Positions 41,295 through 51,063 of a DNA stretch of 64,000 nt are shown here, piece by piece; position 1 is the first letter of the stretch, and every line of letters starts with the position of its first letter. The position numbers and the translations under genes are program-made. This DNA comes from Bosea sp. (in: a-proteobacteria) (GTDB lineage: Bacteria > Pseudomonadota > Alphaproteobacteria > Rhizobiales > Beijerinckiaceae), in assembly GCF_051860145.1 (NCBI RefSeq), contig NZ_JBHYEM010000002.1:277780-341779 (forward strand). The letters run 5' to 3'. The notes under the pieces are model-generated. The model made no database searches, was not told the DNA's origin, and worked only from the letters and a program-made list of their open reading frames with translations.

Positions 41295-41311
41295 GTTAAG
41301 GCCCCTAACAT
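41293..41311. promoter_or_regulatory. near-perfect 19-bp palindrome overlapping the TetR start codon
   Basis: ATGTTAAGG-C-CCCTAACAT (one mismatched pair). Same length and same ATGT..ACAT ends as the 40558 palindrome. Confidence 0.4.
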
Positions 41312-41342
41312 GGGCATGGATCAGCGTCGATGCCAGCGCGGT

Positions 41343-41750
41343 TCAGACGATCTCCAGCCCGAGTCGCCGACGCAGCGTGTCGGGGATGCGGCGCGCCCGG
41401 CCGCCGCCGACGCAGGCGACCATGACCGCCGCCGTGATCAGCACCTCCTCGCCGCGCAGCACGCGCTGGGCGATGTCCATGGTCGCGCCGCGCGCCGCGG
41501 TCGCCACGGTCTCGACCGTCAGCATGTCGTCCATCACCGCGGGCTTCAGGAAATCGATCGTCATGCGGCGCACCGCGAAGCCGAGCGCCGCATCACCGTC
41601 GAACAGCTCGCGCTGCTCGATGCCGAGCGCCCGAATCAATTCGGTGCGGCCGCGCTCCATGAAGCGCAGATAGGAGGCGTGATAGACCACGCCGGAAAAA
41701 TCGGTGTCTTCGTAATAGACGCGGACGGGCAAATGATGGGCGGCGCTCAT
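41343..41750 (-). CDS. ybgC: Tol-Pal-associated acyl-CoA thioesterase YbgC
   Basis: ATG at 41750: ..VRVYYEDTDFSGVVYHASYLRFMERGRTELIRALG.., the 4HBT hot-dog fold signature. Confidence 0.85.
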   Translation of the reverse strand: MSAAHHLPVRVYYEDTDFSGVVYHASYLRFMERGRTELIRALGIEQRELFDGDAALGFAVRRMTIDFLKPAVMDDMLTVETVATAARGATMDIAQRVLRGEEVLITAAVMVACVGGGRARRIPDTLRRRLGLEIV

Positions 41751-41989
41751 GACGCTCTTTCGCTGCGATCGTTCCGCGTCCTTTAGCCTTGTCCGGCCGG
41801 AGGGAACAACCGCAGCGTCGTGCCCGGGCCGGACTACACGCCGCCCATGCCGACCGCTTTTATCTCGACAATGGTCCCGCCCGGCTTTGCCGATGACCAA
41901 ATGCCGCGCAGTCGCAAAGGCCGCGCAGGGGAACGAAGCCCGGCCCGGCCGGTTGCCCTTTCGACGTTCAACGCTGGAAGGAGATTCTC

Positions 41990-42502
41990 ATGGCGCAATC
42001 GAACAAAGCCCTTGACCGGTTGCTCGACACCGCCGAGCGCGACCTCGTCGCCGCGACCCGGGGCGAGGCGCTGGGCAAGGCGAGCGACAGCGCGTTGCGC
42101 GACCTCGCCGCCAAGCTGCGCGAGCGGCGTGACCGGGCCCGCGGCATCGCCCGTCAGCAGAAGCGCGAGATGCGCGGCAAGGCGGCTCCGCAAGGCGCCA
42201 AGCCGGCCTCGGACAATCTCGGCACCAAGGCGAAGGGCGATGCGCTGACCGCCGCGCTGAAGCGGGTCGGTGCGGAGCGGACGCGCCGGGAGGAAAAGCA
42301 GCGCGCCCCAAGCCAGCGCTCGCTCGCGCGAAAGGCGCTGGCGCTGAAGCAGCGCGAGACGGCGCAAACGAAGCCGCCCAGGAGCCGGACCGCGAAGGAG
42401 GGCATGGCCAATGTGCCGACGGAGAGAGGCGGCAAGTCCGGCGCGCTCGACCATGCCGGCGCGCGGCCGGCGATGCAGCGCGCGAAATTCGCGCGTCGCT
42501 GA
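41990..42502 (+). CDS. highly basic Ala/Arg/Lys-rich hypothetical protein
   Basis: ATG at 41990 preceded by GGAAGGAG; strong G/C third-position bias; 170 aa with no recognisable domain. Confidence 0.6.
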   Translation: MAQSNKALDRLLDTAERDLVAATRGEALGKASDSALRDLAAKLRERRDRARGIARQQKREMRGKAAPQGAKPASDNLGTKAKGDALTAALKRVGAERTRREEKQRAPSQRSLARKALALKQRETAQTKPPRSRTAKEGMANVPTERGGKSGALDHAGARPAMQRAKFARR

Positions 42503-42505
42503 GGC

Positions 42506-43075
42506 TCAGCGCTGGCAGGGCTTCTTCATGAAGGAACCGCATTCATAGGGCTGCGACAGCGCCTCCCGGACCGCGTAGTCCTTGCCCTCGACACGGTTGA
42601 CGATGTCGTCGATCCGCCAGCTTCCGCCCTCCTCGACCATGCGGAAGCGCACGCTCACCCGCTGCCTGAAGCTCAGGAAGCTGGCGGTCACCAGCGCCCG
42701 GCCCGCGGCCGGCGCCTCCGTCACCACGACGCGCAGGCTTTTCACCTCACCGTCCTGGCCACTGATGAACGGATCGGCGCCGAGATGGCCGATCTCGCCG
42801 CTCTCGTCCTGATAGAGGTCGTCGCGCGCGAACAGCGCGGCGAGGTCCTTGCTCATCAGCCTGTCGCGATGCGGCGGCTGCCAGGGCGGCGGCGCGGCCT
42901 TGGGGCCCGTGCTCGCGAGGCTGCGGATCGTGGCGGCATAGGCGGCCTTGACCGTCGCATCCGGGCCGGCTTCCGCCGCCTGCAACACGCCCGCTGAAAA
43001 CACCAGCCATCCTGCCGCCGCCAACAGGGTCGGCGCATCCCGCCAGATCGATCGGGCCCAGATGGTGATTCGCAT
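42506..43075 (-). CDS. secreted hypothetical protein (possibly DUF3828-like)
   Basis: ATG at 43075; signal-like N-terminus ..APTLLAAAGWLVFSAGVLQAAEA; ..GADPFISGQDGEVKSLRVVV.. resembles DUF3828 proteins. Confidence 0.55.
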   Translation of the reverse strand: MRITIWARSIWRDAPTLLAAAGWLVFSAGVLQAAEAGPDATVKAAYAATIRSLASTGPKAAPPPWQPPHRDRLMSKDLAALFARDDLYQDESGEIGHLGADPFISGQDGEVKSLRVVVTEAPAAGRALVTASFLSFRQRVSVRFRMVEEGGSWRIDDIVNRVEGKDYAVREALSQPYECGSFMKKPCQR

Positions 43076-43181
43076 GCTCGCATCCCCGTCAGCGCGGAGA
43101 ACCCGCTGCGGCATGAAAGACATGAACAGCTCTCGCCCGCATCCTCCGAATGCAGGAGGCCTCAGATCGGGTTTGCCCGCT

Positions 43182-44225
43182 TCACTCCTCGTCCTCGTCC
43201 GCGAACAGCCCGAACTGCGAGCTGTCCCGGCTCGGTTCCGGCATGCCGAGATGGCGGAAGGCGTGCGGCGTCAGCAGGCGGCCGCGCGGCGTGCGCTGGA
43301 TGAAGCCCTGCTGCAGCAGGAAGGGCTCGATGATCTCCTCGATCGCATCGCGCGGTTCCGACAGCGAGGCGGCGATCGTCTCGATCCCGACCGGCCCGCC
43401 GCCGAAATTGATCGCCACCGTGGTGAGATAACGCCGGTCCATCTGGTCGAGGCCGATCGCGTCGACATCGAGCAGGCCGAGGGCCTTGTCGGCGACGGCA
43501 CGCGTCACCTGCGGGTCGCCATCGACGATGGCGAAGTCGCGCACCCGCCGCAGCAGGCGCCCGGCGATGCGCGGCGTCCCCCGCGACCGGCGCGCGATCT
43601 CGTTGGCGCCGTCCTCGGACATGGCGACGCCGAGCACCCGCGCCCCGCGCGCGACGATGCCCTGCAGCTCCTCGACCGTGTAGAATTGCAGCCGGATCGG
43701 AATGCCGAACCGGTCGCGCAGCGGCGTGGTCAGCAGCCCGGCCCGCGTCGTCGCGCCGACCAGCGTGAACTTGGGCAGGTCGATCTTGACCGAGCGCGCC
43801 GCCGGCCCCTCGCCGATGATCAGGTCGAGCTGGTAATCCTCCATCGCCGGGTAGAGGATCTCCTCCACCGCCGGGTTGAGCCGGTGGATCTCGTCGATGA
43901 AGAGCACGTCGCGCTCCTCGAGATTGGTGAGCTGCGCCGCCAGGTCGCCGGCCTTGGCGATGACCGGCCCCGAGGTCGAGCGGAAATTGACGCCGAGCTC
44001 GCGCGCCACGATCTGCGCCAGCGTCGTCTTGCCCAAGCCCGGAGGCCCGACGAAGAGGACATGGTCGAGCGCATCGCCGCGGGTGCGGGCCGCATTGATG
44101 AAGACCTGCAGATTGGCGCGCGCCGCCGCCTGGCCGGTGAAATCGGCGAGCGAAAGCGGCCGCAGCGAGGTCTCGCTGTCGTCGTCGCGGCGTTCGCCGG
44201 TCACGAGACGGCGCGGCTCACTCAC
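43182..44225 (-). CDS. ruvB: Holliday junction branch-migration helicase RuvB
   Basis: GTG at 44225 (VSEPRRL..). ..[12 protein letters not shown]...[20 protein letters not shown].. Walker A and the sensor regions are present. Confidence 0.93.
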   Translation of the reverse strand: MSEPRRLVTGERRDDDSETSLRPLSLADFTGQAAARANLQVFINAARTRGDALDHVLFVGPPGLGKTTLAQIVARELGVNFRSTSGPVIAKAGDLAAQLTNLEERDVLFIDEIHRLNPAVEEILYPAMEDYQLDLIIGEGPAARSVKIDLPKFTLVGATTRAGLLTTPLRDRFGIPIRLQFYTVEELQGIVARGARVLGVAMSEDGANEIARRSRGTPRIAGRLLRRVRDFAIVDGDPQVTRAVADKALGLLDVDAIGLDQMDRRYLTTVAINFGGGPVGIETIAASLSEPRDAIEEIIEPFLLQQGFIQRTPRGRLLTPHAFRHLGMPEPSRDSSQFGLFADEDEE

Positions 44226-44710
44226 AATGCGATCTCCAGTTCGAGCGCGTCGCGCACGGGGATGTCCTGATAGCCCGTCTTGATGATGGTCGGGACCACG
44301 GAGCGATAGGCGTCGATGGCCTCGACATAAAGCCCCGAAAAGCGGAAGCCGCATTTCTGATAGAAGCCGAGCCCCGGCATGTTGTCGTTGGTCAGCATGG
44401 CCCGCAGCCTGACCGCGCCTTTCGCCCTGGCCGCCGACTTGACCGCTTCGAGCAGCTCTATGGCCGCGCCCTGGCCCGGCCTCAGCGCATGCAGCGCGCA
44501 GAGCAGCGCCGTGTCGCCGCGCATCGTCCAGCTCGCCAGCGCCACGGTCTCGCCGCTTGCCGTGTACAAGCCGAGCGCGTCGATCTCGGCGCAGTCATAG
44601 GTGTGGATTCCGATCATCATCCTGTGCGAGCCCCAGGCCCGCATCATCACCGCCAGCAGCTCGGATTTATCCTCGACCTCGCGCAGGATGAGTTCATCCA
44701 CCACCTTCAC
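44222..44710 (-). CDS. GNAT family N-acetyltransferase embedded between ruvA and ruvB
   Basis: 162 aa: ..[52 protein letters not shown].. (acetyl-CoA binding-type motif). GTGA overlaps at both ends. Confidence 0.75.
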   Translation of the reverse strand: MKVVDELILREVEDKSELLAVMMRAWGSHRMMIGIHTYDCAEIDALGLYTASGETVALASWTMRGDTALLCALHALRPGQGAAIELLEAVKSAARAKGAVRLRAMLTNDNMPGLGFYQKCGFRFSGLYVEAIDAYRSVVPTIIKTGYQDIPVRDALELEIAL

Positions 44711-45324
44711 TTCGCCAGCTCCTTCAGCCCCAGCTTGATGAGCTGCGCCGTGCCGGCCCCCTCTCCCGCCTCCCTCGCCGCTGCTGCCACGGCCGCCACG
44801 GCCTGCGCCTGGGGATAGCCGAGATTGCTCAGCGCCGAGACCGCGTCCGCCACCGGCTGCGGCAGCTTGCGGTCCTCCAGCGCGCCGGCGAGCTGCGCCA
44901 CGCCGGGGTCGATATGGCCGAAGGCCGGCGCCTTGTCCTTGAGCTCGGCGCAGAGCCGCTGCGCCAGCTTGGGCCCGACGCCGGGCGCACGCGCTACCGC
45001 CGCCTTGTCGTTGGTCGCGATCGCGGTGGCCAGCGCGCCGGGCTCCAGCGTCGACAGGATGGCGAGCGCCACCTTGGCGCCGACGCCCTGCACCACCTGC
45101 ATCAGCCGGAACCAGTCGCGCTCATTGTCGGAGAGGAAGCCGTAGAGCCGGATCGCATCCTCGCGGACATGGGTCTCGATCGCGAGCGCCGCCGCCTCGC
45201 CGGGCTTCGGCAGCCGCTGCAAGGTCCGCGCCGAGCATTGCACGACATAGCCGACGCCCTGCACGTCGAGGATGACATGATCCTCGCCATAGGAATCGAT
45301 CAGCCCTTTGAGCTTGCCGATCAT
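44707..45324 (-). CDS. ruvA: Holliday junction DNA-binding protein RuvA
   Basis: ATG at 45324: [28 protein letters not shown]...; HhH motifs ..[14 protein letters not shown].. and ..[12 protein letters not shown].. Confidence 0.92.
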   Translation of the reverse strand: MIGKLKGLIDSYGEDHVILDVQGVGYVVQCSARTLQRLPKPGEAAALAIETHVREDAIRLYGFLSDNERDWFRLMQVVQGVGAKVALAILSTLEPGALATAIATNDKAAVARAPGVGPKLAQRLCAELKDKAPAFGHIDPGVAQLAGALEDRKLPQPVADAVSALSNLGYPQAQAVAAVAAAAREAGEGAGTAQLIKLGLKELAK

Positions 45325-45361
45325 CGTCCTCGCCGCCCCGTCATGCCCAACCCGTAGCCGG

Positions 45362-45877
45362 TCACGAGACCGCCCGCATCTGCGCCGCCAGCGTCCTGAT
45401 GCCGCGGTGCTGCGCGTGGCAGATCGCGACCGCCAGCGCATCTGCCGCGTCGGCACTCTTCGCCTCCGCCTTCGGCAGCAGCACCCGGATCATCGCCTGC
45501 ACCTGCTTCTTGTCGGCATGGCCGACGCCGACCACCGTCTTCTTGACCAGGTTGGCGGCATATTCGCCGACGCTGAGGCCAGCGATCGCCGGCACCACCA
45601 GCGCGATGCCGCGCGCCTGGCCGAGCTTCAGCGCCGATTGCGGATCGCGGTTGACGAAGGTCTCCTCGACCGCCGCCTCGTCCGGCGCGAAGGACGCGAT
45701 CACCCCGGCGATGCCCTCGTGCAACTGCATCAGCCGCTCGGCCAGCGGGCGCTTCTCGTCGCTCTCGATGCAGCCGCAGGCGACGAAGGAGAGCTTCGTG
45801 CCCTCGCTGACGACGATGCCCCAGCCGGTCTTCCTCAAACCGGGATCGAGACCGAGGATGCGAATCGGGATGGTCAT
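45362..45877 (-). CDS. ruvC: crossover junction endodeoxyribonuclease RuvC
   Basis: ATG at 45877: [22 protein letters not shown]... Confidence 0.92.
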   Translation of the reverse strand: MTIPIRILGLDPGLRKTGWGIVVSEGTKLSFVACGCIESDEKRPLAERLMQLHEGIAGVIASFAPDEAAVEETFVNRDPQSALKLGQARGIALVVPAIAGLSVGEYAANLVKKTVVGVGHADKKQVQAMIRVLLPKAEAKSADAADALAVAICHAQHRGIRTLAAQMRAVS

Positions 45878-46021
45878 GGTTTGTACCCTAACCTGTGGGC
45901 AGGATTTGTCCTCATCGCCCGACCGATGTCCCCCGCTCATCGATGCCATCACAACAACGGGGGTTGATCGCATTGCGTCTTTCCCGTTGGTGAGGAGATT
46001 ATTCTCCGCCCGACTGGTTCG

Positions 46022-46801
46022 ATGGCCGACATCCTCGCCCTGCTCTTCCCCGGCCTGACTGCATCAAGCATCGCCACGCTGCTCGGCGCCACCCTGCTCG
46101 GCGGGCTGGTGCGCGGCTTCACCGGCTTCGGCTTCGCCATGGTCTTCATGCCACTGGCGAGCCTGGTGCTCGGCCCGGTCGCGGCGCTCGGGCTGATCTG
46201 GGTGATCGACCTGCCCTTCGCGCTGCCGATCGCCGCCCGCTCGGCCAAGCGCGCCGAGTGGAGCGAAGTCATCCCCCTGCTGATTGCGGCCACAGTGACC
46301 CTGCCGCTCGGGCTCTGGCTGCTGACCTGGCTCGAACCGAGGACCATGCGCTGGATCGTCGCCCTGCTCGTCCTGGCCGCCGTCAGCCTGATGGCCTCGG
46401 GCTGGCGCTATCACGGCAAGCCCGGCCTGCCGCTCTCGCTCGGCGTCGGCGCGCTCTCGGGCCTGTTCAACGGGCTCTCCAGCATCGGCGGCATGCCGCT
46501 GGCGGTGTTCTGGCTCGGGGCCCAGCGCAACGATCGGCACAAGGCCCGCGCCAACCTGCAGACCTATTTCGGCTTGTCGACGGTCGTCAGCGGCACATTG
46601 CTCTGGCTGAAGAGCATCATCACCGCGGCCTCGCTCATGATGGCGCTGCCGCTTTTCGCGATCTACGGGGCTGGCCTCTGGGTCGGCACCCACGCCTTCC
46701 GGATCGCCTCCGAGCAGACCTTCCGCCGGATCGCCTATCTGGTGATTTTCCTCAGCGCCCTGATCAGCCTGCCGCTCTGGGATGGGTTGCTGGGGAGATA
46801 A
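46022..46801 (+). CDS. TauE/SafE family sulfite/anion exporter
   Basis: 259 aa polytopic membrane protein: ..[20 protein letters not shown].. and ..[18 protein letters not shown].. Confidence 0.85.
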   Translation: MADILALLFPGLTASSIATLLGATLLGGLVRGFTGFGFAMVFMPLASLVLGPVAALGLIWVIDLPFALPIAARSAKRAEWSEVIPLLIAATVTLPLGLWLLTWLEPRTMRWIVALLVLAAVSLMASGWRYHGKPGLPLSLGVGALSGLFNGLSSIGGMPLAVFWLGAQRNDRHKARANLQTYFGLSTVVSGTLLWLKSIITAASLMMALPLFAIYGAGLWVGTHAFRIASEQTFRRIAYLVIFLSALISLPLWDGLLGR

Positions 46802-46804
46802 GCC

Positions 46805-46934
46805 GTCATACCCGGGCGGAGCGCAGCGCAGGCCCGAGAATCTCGCAAACGCCAAGGCTCCCACCGTCCGGAGATGCTCGGGTCAAGCCCGAGCATGACG
46901 GCGGACACACCGCCACGCTCCGCCCGGGAATGAC
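46805..46934. repeat. REP/MITE-like palindromic repeat, family B (long composite copy)
   Basis: Outer inverted repeat GTCATACCCGGGCGGAGCG ... CGCTCCGCCCGGGAATGAC enclosing GATGCTCGGGTCAAGCCCGAGCATGAC. Located between convergent genes. Confidence 0.75.
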
Positions 46935-46943
46935 GCTTGAAAC

Positions 46944-47690
46944 TCAGGCGCTCAGCTTCGCCATCACCTCGTCGGCGATCTCGAAATTGGCGAAGACGTT
47001 CTGCACGTCGTCGTCATTGTCGAGCGCCTCCATCAGCCGCATCATCGAGGCGGCCTTGTCCTCGTCGAGGGGCGCGGTCGTGGTCGGGCGCCAGACCGGC
47101 TTGGCCGAGGCCGGCGCGCCGAGCGCGGCCTCCAGCGCCTTCGAGACTTCGTTGAGCGAATCGAAGGCGCACAGGATGACATGGCCGTTCTCGTCGCTGA
47201 TCACGTCGTCGGCGCCGGCCTCGATCGCCGCCTCCATCACCGTGTCGGCATCGCCGGCCTCCGGCGGATAGCTGACCTCGCCGACCCGGTTGAACATGAA
47301 CGAGACCGAGTTGCTCTCGCCCATCGCGCCGCCGGACTTGGTGAAATAGGAGCGTACGGCAGACGCGGTGCGGTTGCGGTTGTCGGTCAGCGCCTCGACG
47401 ATGACGGCGGCTCCGCCCGGGCCGTAGCCCTCGTAGCGAACCTCGTCATAATTCTCGCCCTCACCGCCGATCGCCTTCTTGATCGCCCGCTCGATATTGT
47501 CCTTCGGCATGTTTTCCGCGCGCGCCGCGAGCACCGCCATGCGCAGGCGCGGATTCATGTTCGGGTCGGGCATGCCCATCTTGGCGGCGACGGTGATTTC
47601 GCGGGCCAGTTTCGAGAACAGCTTGGAGCGCACCGCGTCCTGCTTGCCCTTGCGGTGCATGATGTTCTTGAACTGGGAATGCCCGGCCAT
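46944..47690 (-). CDS. yebC: YebC/PmpR family DNA-binding transcriptional regulator
   Basis: 248 aa: [28 protein letters not shown].. Confidence 0.93.
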   Translation of the reverse strand: MAGHSQFKNIMHRKGKQDAVRSKLFSKLAREITVAAKMGMPDPNMNPRLRMAVLAARAENMPKDNIERAIKKAIGGEGENYDEVRYEGYGPGGAAVIVEALTDNRNRTASAVRSYFTKSGGAMGESNSVSFMFNRVGEVSYPPEAGDADTVMEAAIEAGADDVISDENGHVILCAFDSLNEVSKALEAALGAPASAKPVWRPTTTAPLDEDKAASMMRLMEALDNDDDVQNVFANFEIADEVMAKLSA

Positions 47691-47915
47691 GGGTTTCAGC
47701 CTCTATTGCCGCTGTCGACAGGTTTCCGGCGGGCTGGAACCATCCCGGCCGGTGAAGCGGCCTTATAGGCGCGCCCTTTGCCGGCAGGCAAGCCGCGGAC
47801 AACCGCGCGCCGCCGTCCGCCTGTTAAGCCATTCTTTGCCGAAACGCTTCAGATTGTGCCGACCGAGACCGCGCTGATCGCCTGCCCTTCCGAATTCCGT
47901 TTCCCGTTGAGTTCC

Positions 47916-49280
47916 ATGACGACCGTGTCCCCTATAGGCATCGCGCAGCAGGACGTGCGCTTTCGCGCGTTTCAGATTGGCCCCGCCGACCTTGCGCTGT
48001 TGCACCGGCTTTCGGACTTCGCCAGCACCCGGCTGCCGGCGCTGCTCGAGGAGCTGCATGGCGAGTTCGACGCCTGGCCCGAGACCGGCCGGGCCTTGCG
48101 CACCCCCGAGGTCCACGAATTGCGGCTGGCCCACTGGGTCAGGCTCGCCTCGGGACAGATCGATGACGGCTTCGTCGAATCCGCGCATCGCCTGGCCGCC
48201 GCCTTCTATCGCCATGGCGTCCCGGTCTATGCAGTCGCGATCTGCCACGCCATCGTCTCCAACCAGATCGGCAAGGAACTCGGGCTCGACCGCGCCGGCC
48301 TGCAGAAGCTCAACGGCTTCTGGCAGCGCAAGCGCTTCATGCGCAGCATCGCGATGCGCGCCGCCCTGAACAAGGCGGTCCAGTTCGACCTCGAGCTGCT
48401 GCTGGAAACCTATGCCGATGTACAGCGCCAGAACCGGGCGCGCCGGAGCAAGGAGCTCGAGGCCTTCGAGGTCACTGTGCGCGGTGTCGTCGAGACCGTG
48501 AGCACCGGCGCCGACAAGGTCGAGATCATGGCCCGCGCCGTGAGCGGCGTGGTCCAGGACACGGGCACCCAGGCGGTCGTCGCCGCCCAGGCATCGGACG
48601 AGGCTTCGCTCAACGTGCAGCATGTCGCCAGTGCCACCGAGGAGCTCTCGATCTCGCTCAACGACGTGTCCTCCGAGATTTCACGCGCGGCAAACATGGC
48701 CCATGACGCCAATGCCGCGGCGCTCAAGACCGACATCATCGTCAAGAGCCTGGCCCATTCGGCCGAGACGATCGGCTCCGTGGTCGAGATGATCAAGACG
48801 ATCGCGGCGCAGACCAACATGCTCGCGCTCAACGCCACGATCGAGGCCGCGCGCGCCGGCGAGAGCGGGCGCGGCTTTGCCGTCGTCGCCAACGAGGTCA
48901 AACAGCTTTCGGCGCGGACCGCGCAAGCGACCGACGAGATCGCCGCCCAGGTCCCGGCGATGCAGGCGGCGACCCGCGAGGCGGTTTCGGCGATCGAGAG
49001 CATCGTCGCCTTCGTCACCCAGATGGACCGGACGACGGTGATGATCGCCGGCTCGATCGACGAGCAGCGCGCCGCGACGCAGGAGATCGCCCGCAGCGTC
49101 AATCTCGCCGCGCTCGGCACCCAGGAAGTCGCTCAGGCTGTCAGCGGCGTCAGCGACATGGCGCAGACGGCCGGCAGCAATGTCGCCGACGTCCTCAGCG
49201 TCGCGGAAGCGCTGGCGAAACAGGCCGCCTCGCTGACCACGGCCTTCGCCAGTCTGGCGAAGCAGAGCCGCGCCGCCTGA
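47916..49280 (+). CDS. soluble globin-coupled methyl-accepting chemotaxis protein (HemAT-like)
   Basis: ATG at 47916. N-terminal protoglobin-like sensor (..[32 protein letters not shown]..) with no TM segments. C-terminal MCP signalling domain ..[37 protein letters not shown].. Confidence 0.85.
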   Translation: MTTVSPIGIAQQDVRFRAFQIGPADLALLHRLSDFASTRLPALLEELHGEFDAWPETGRALRTPEVHELRLAHWVRLASGQIDDGFVESAHRLAAAFYRHGVPVYAVAICHAIVSNQIGKELGLDRAGLQKLNGFWQRKRFMRSIAMRAALNKAVQFDLELLLETYADVQRQNRARRSKELEAFEVTVRGVVETVSTGADKVEIMARAVSGVVQDTGTQAVVAAQASDEASLNVQHVASATEELSISLNDVSSEISRAANMAHDANAAALKTDIIVKSLAHSAETIGSVVEMIKTIAAQTNMLALNATIEAARAGESGRGFAVVANEVKQLSARTAQATDEIAAQVPAMQAATREAVSAIESIVAFVTQMDRTTVMIAGSIDEQRAATQEIARSVNLAALGTQEVAQAVSGVSDMAQTAGSNVADVLSVAEALAKQAASLTTAFASLAKQSRAA

Positions 49281-49292
49281 CCCGCAGGCCGC

Positions 49293-50120
49293 TCAGCCGC
49301 GCTCCCAGGCCTCCGGCAGCGCCTCGCTGAGATGCGGCCCGACCCTGACCGCCCAGACCGCGCTGGCGAGCCCGGTCGCGTCGTCGATCTCGACCGCGAC
49401 GCCCGACAGCGTGCCGGGCCCGGTCGCCGGCTCCAGCCGCGCGCCCGGCGTCTTCTGCAGGAAGCGCCGCACCGGCTCCTCGCGATGCATGCCGAGGATC
49501 GAATCGTAGTCGCCGCACATGCCGGCATCGGACTGATAGGCCGTGCCGCCGGGCAGGATGCGGGTGTCCGAGGTCGGCGCATGGGTATGGGTGCCGACGA
49601 CGAGGCTGGCGCGGCCGTCGAGGAAATAGGCCATCGCCTGCTTCTCGCTCGTCGCCTCGGCATGGACGTCGACGATCACCGCATCGGCAACCTCGCCGAG
49701 CGGGCAGGCCGAAAGCTCGCGCTCGACCGCGCCGAAGGGATCGTCGAGCGGGTCCATGAAGAGCCGGCCCATGACGTTGACGACAAGCACCCGCGCCCCG
49801 TTACGCGCCTCGATCACGGCCGCGCCGCGGCCGGGCGTGCCGGTTGGATAATTGGCGGGCCGGATCATACGCGGCTGGCGTTCGATGAAGACCAGCGCCT
49901 CGCGCTGGTCCCAGGAATGGTTGCCGAGCGTGACGACATCGGCGCCGGCCGCGATCAGCTCGTCGCAGATCGTCTCGGTGATGCCGAAGCCGCCCGCCGA
50001 ATTCTCGCCGTTGATCACGACGCAATCGAGCTTCCAACGCTCGCGCAGGCCCGGCAGCTTTTCCTGCACCGCGACACGCCCGGGGCGGCCGACGACATCG
50101 CCGAGAAAGAGGAAACGCAT
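49293..50120 (-). CDS. YmdB-like (TIGR00282) metallophosphoesterase
   Basis: ATG at 50120: MRFLFLGDVVGRPGR...VINGENSAGGFGIT...GNHSWDQ...VDVHAEATSEK..GTHTH.. Confidence 0.88.
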   Translation of the reverse strand: MRFLFLGDVVGRPGRVAVQEKLPGLRERWKLDCVVINGENSAGGFGITETICDELIAAGADVVTLGNHSWDQREALVFIERQPRMIRPANYPTGTPGRGAAVIEARNGARVLVVNVMGRLFMDPLDDPFGAVERELSACPLGEVADAVIVDVHAEATSEKQAMAYFLDGRASLVVGTHTHAPTSDTRILPGGTAYQSDAGMCGDYDSILGMHREEPVRRFLQKTPGARLEPATGPGTLSGVAVEIDDATGLASAVWAVRVGPHLSEALPEAWERG

Positions 50121-50178
50121 GGCAAGGACCTGATGGGCGGGCTGCAAACGCCTTCACTGGCCCGAACCCGGCGATGAA

Positions 50179-50757
50179 TCAACCGCAGCGGATCGTCTCG
50201 CGCTCGGTCACGATCCAGTCGAGCCTGCGATCATGCGGCTCGTCGGGCACTTCGGCGATCTCCTGTGCGCCATAGCCGATGCCCACCGAGACCACCGGGC
50301 CGAGCTCGCTCAGCGCCCGGTCGTAATAGCCCTTGCCATAGCCGATGCGATAGCCGCGCCGGTCGAAGGCCGCGAGCGGCACGATCAGCAGCCTCGGCTT
50401 CACCCCGGGCTGCTGCAGCTCGGGAACCAGCGTGCCGAAGCCGCCGGGCACGATCGGCTCCCACGGCGCCCAGCGCCGGAACAGCATGGCGCCGCGGACG
50501 ATCGCGGGCAGGCAGAGCGGGATGCCGCGAGCGTGCAGGGCCTCCAGGATCGGCCGCGGATCGGCCTCCGAGCGCATCGGCCAATAGGCCGAGACCGGGC
50601 CGGGACCGTCGAGCGCCGGCAGCGCCAGCGCGCGTGTGACGATCGCCTGGTCCCATTCCAGCCGCTCGTCGAGGTCGAGGCCGTCGCGGCGCTCCAGCGC
50701 CTGCGCTCGCAGCTCGCTCTTGATGCGGGAGGCGGCGGTCGAAAGATCAGGTTTCAT
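50179..50757 (-). CDS. 5-formyltetrahydrofolate cyclo-ligase
   Basis: ATG at 50757. About 192 aa, with ..VPLAAFDRRGYRIGYGKGYYDR.., the family signature. Confidence 0.85.
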   Translation of the reverse strand: MKPDLSTAASRIKSELRAQALERRDGLDLDERLEWDQAIVTRALALPALDGPGPVSAYWPMRSEADPRPILEALHARGIPLCLPAIVRGAMLFRRWAPWEPIVPGGFGTLVPELQQPGVKPRLLIVPLAAFDRRGYRIGYGKGYYDRALSELGPVVSVGIGYGAQEIAEVPDEPHDRRLDWIVTERETIRCG

Positions 50758-50759
50758 GA

Positions 50760-50915
50760 AGAGTGCGGAGCCACCATGGCCGTGGAATTTTCGATCCCGG
50801 GACACCTACTGAGTAGGTGGGCGCCATATGTCCGGGTCCAGGGACCCGGTCAGGGACAGCTCCCGAGGAGATCGTATGGGCCCGGGAATACATATTCTCA
50901 CGCACCGGGCAGCCC
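50760..50915 (-). ncRNA. ssrS: candidate 6S RNA (ends approximate)
   Basis: Non-coding stretch of about 150 nt directly abutting the 5-FCL start, which is the conserved ssrS-ygfA arrangement. Distal segments pair (GTGCGTGAG with CTCCGCAC, TTCCCGGG with CCCGGGA) around an internally structured core. Confidence 0.5.
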
Positions 50916-50972
50916 CGCCAGAGCTATGTAAGACGGGCGCCGACAAAGCGCCAGTGGGATTGCGACCACCCC

Positions 50973-51054
50973 GTCATTGCGAGGAGCGTAGCGACGAAGC
51001 AATCCAGGGGCCTCAAGCAATCCCTCTGGATTGCTTCGCTGCGCTCGCAATGAC
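50973..51054. repeat. REP/MITE-like inverted repeat, family A (opposite orientation to the 17597 copy)
   Basis: GTCATTGCGAGGAGCGTAGCGACGAAGCAATCCAG...CTGGATTGCTTCGCTGCGCTCGCAATGAC. Confidence 0.8.
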
Positions 51055-51063
51055 GGGGGCGAC

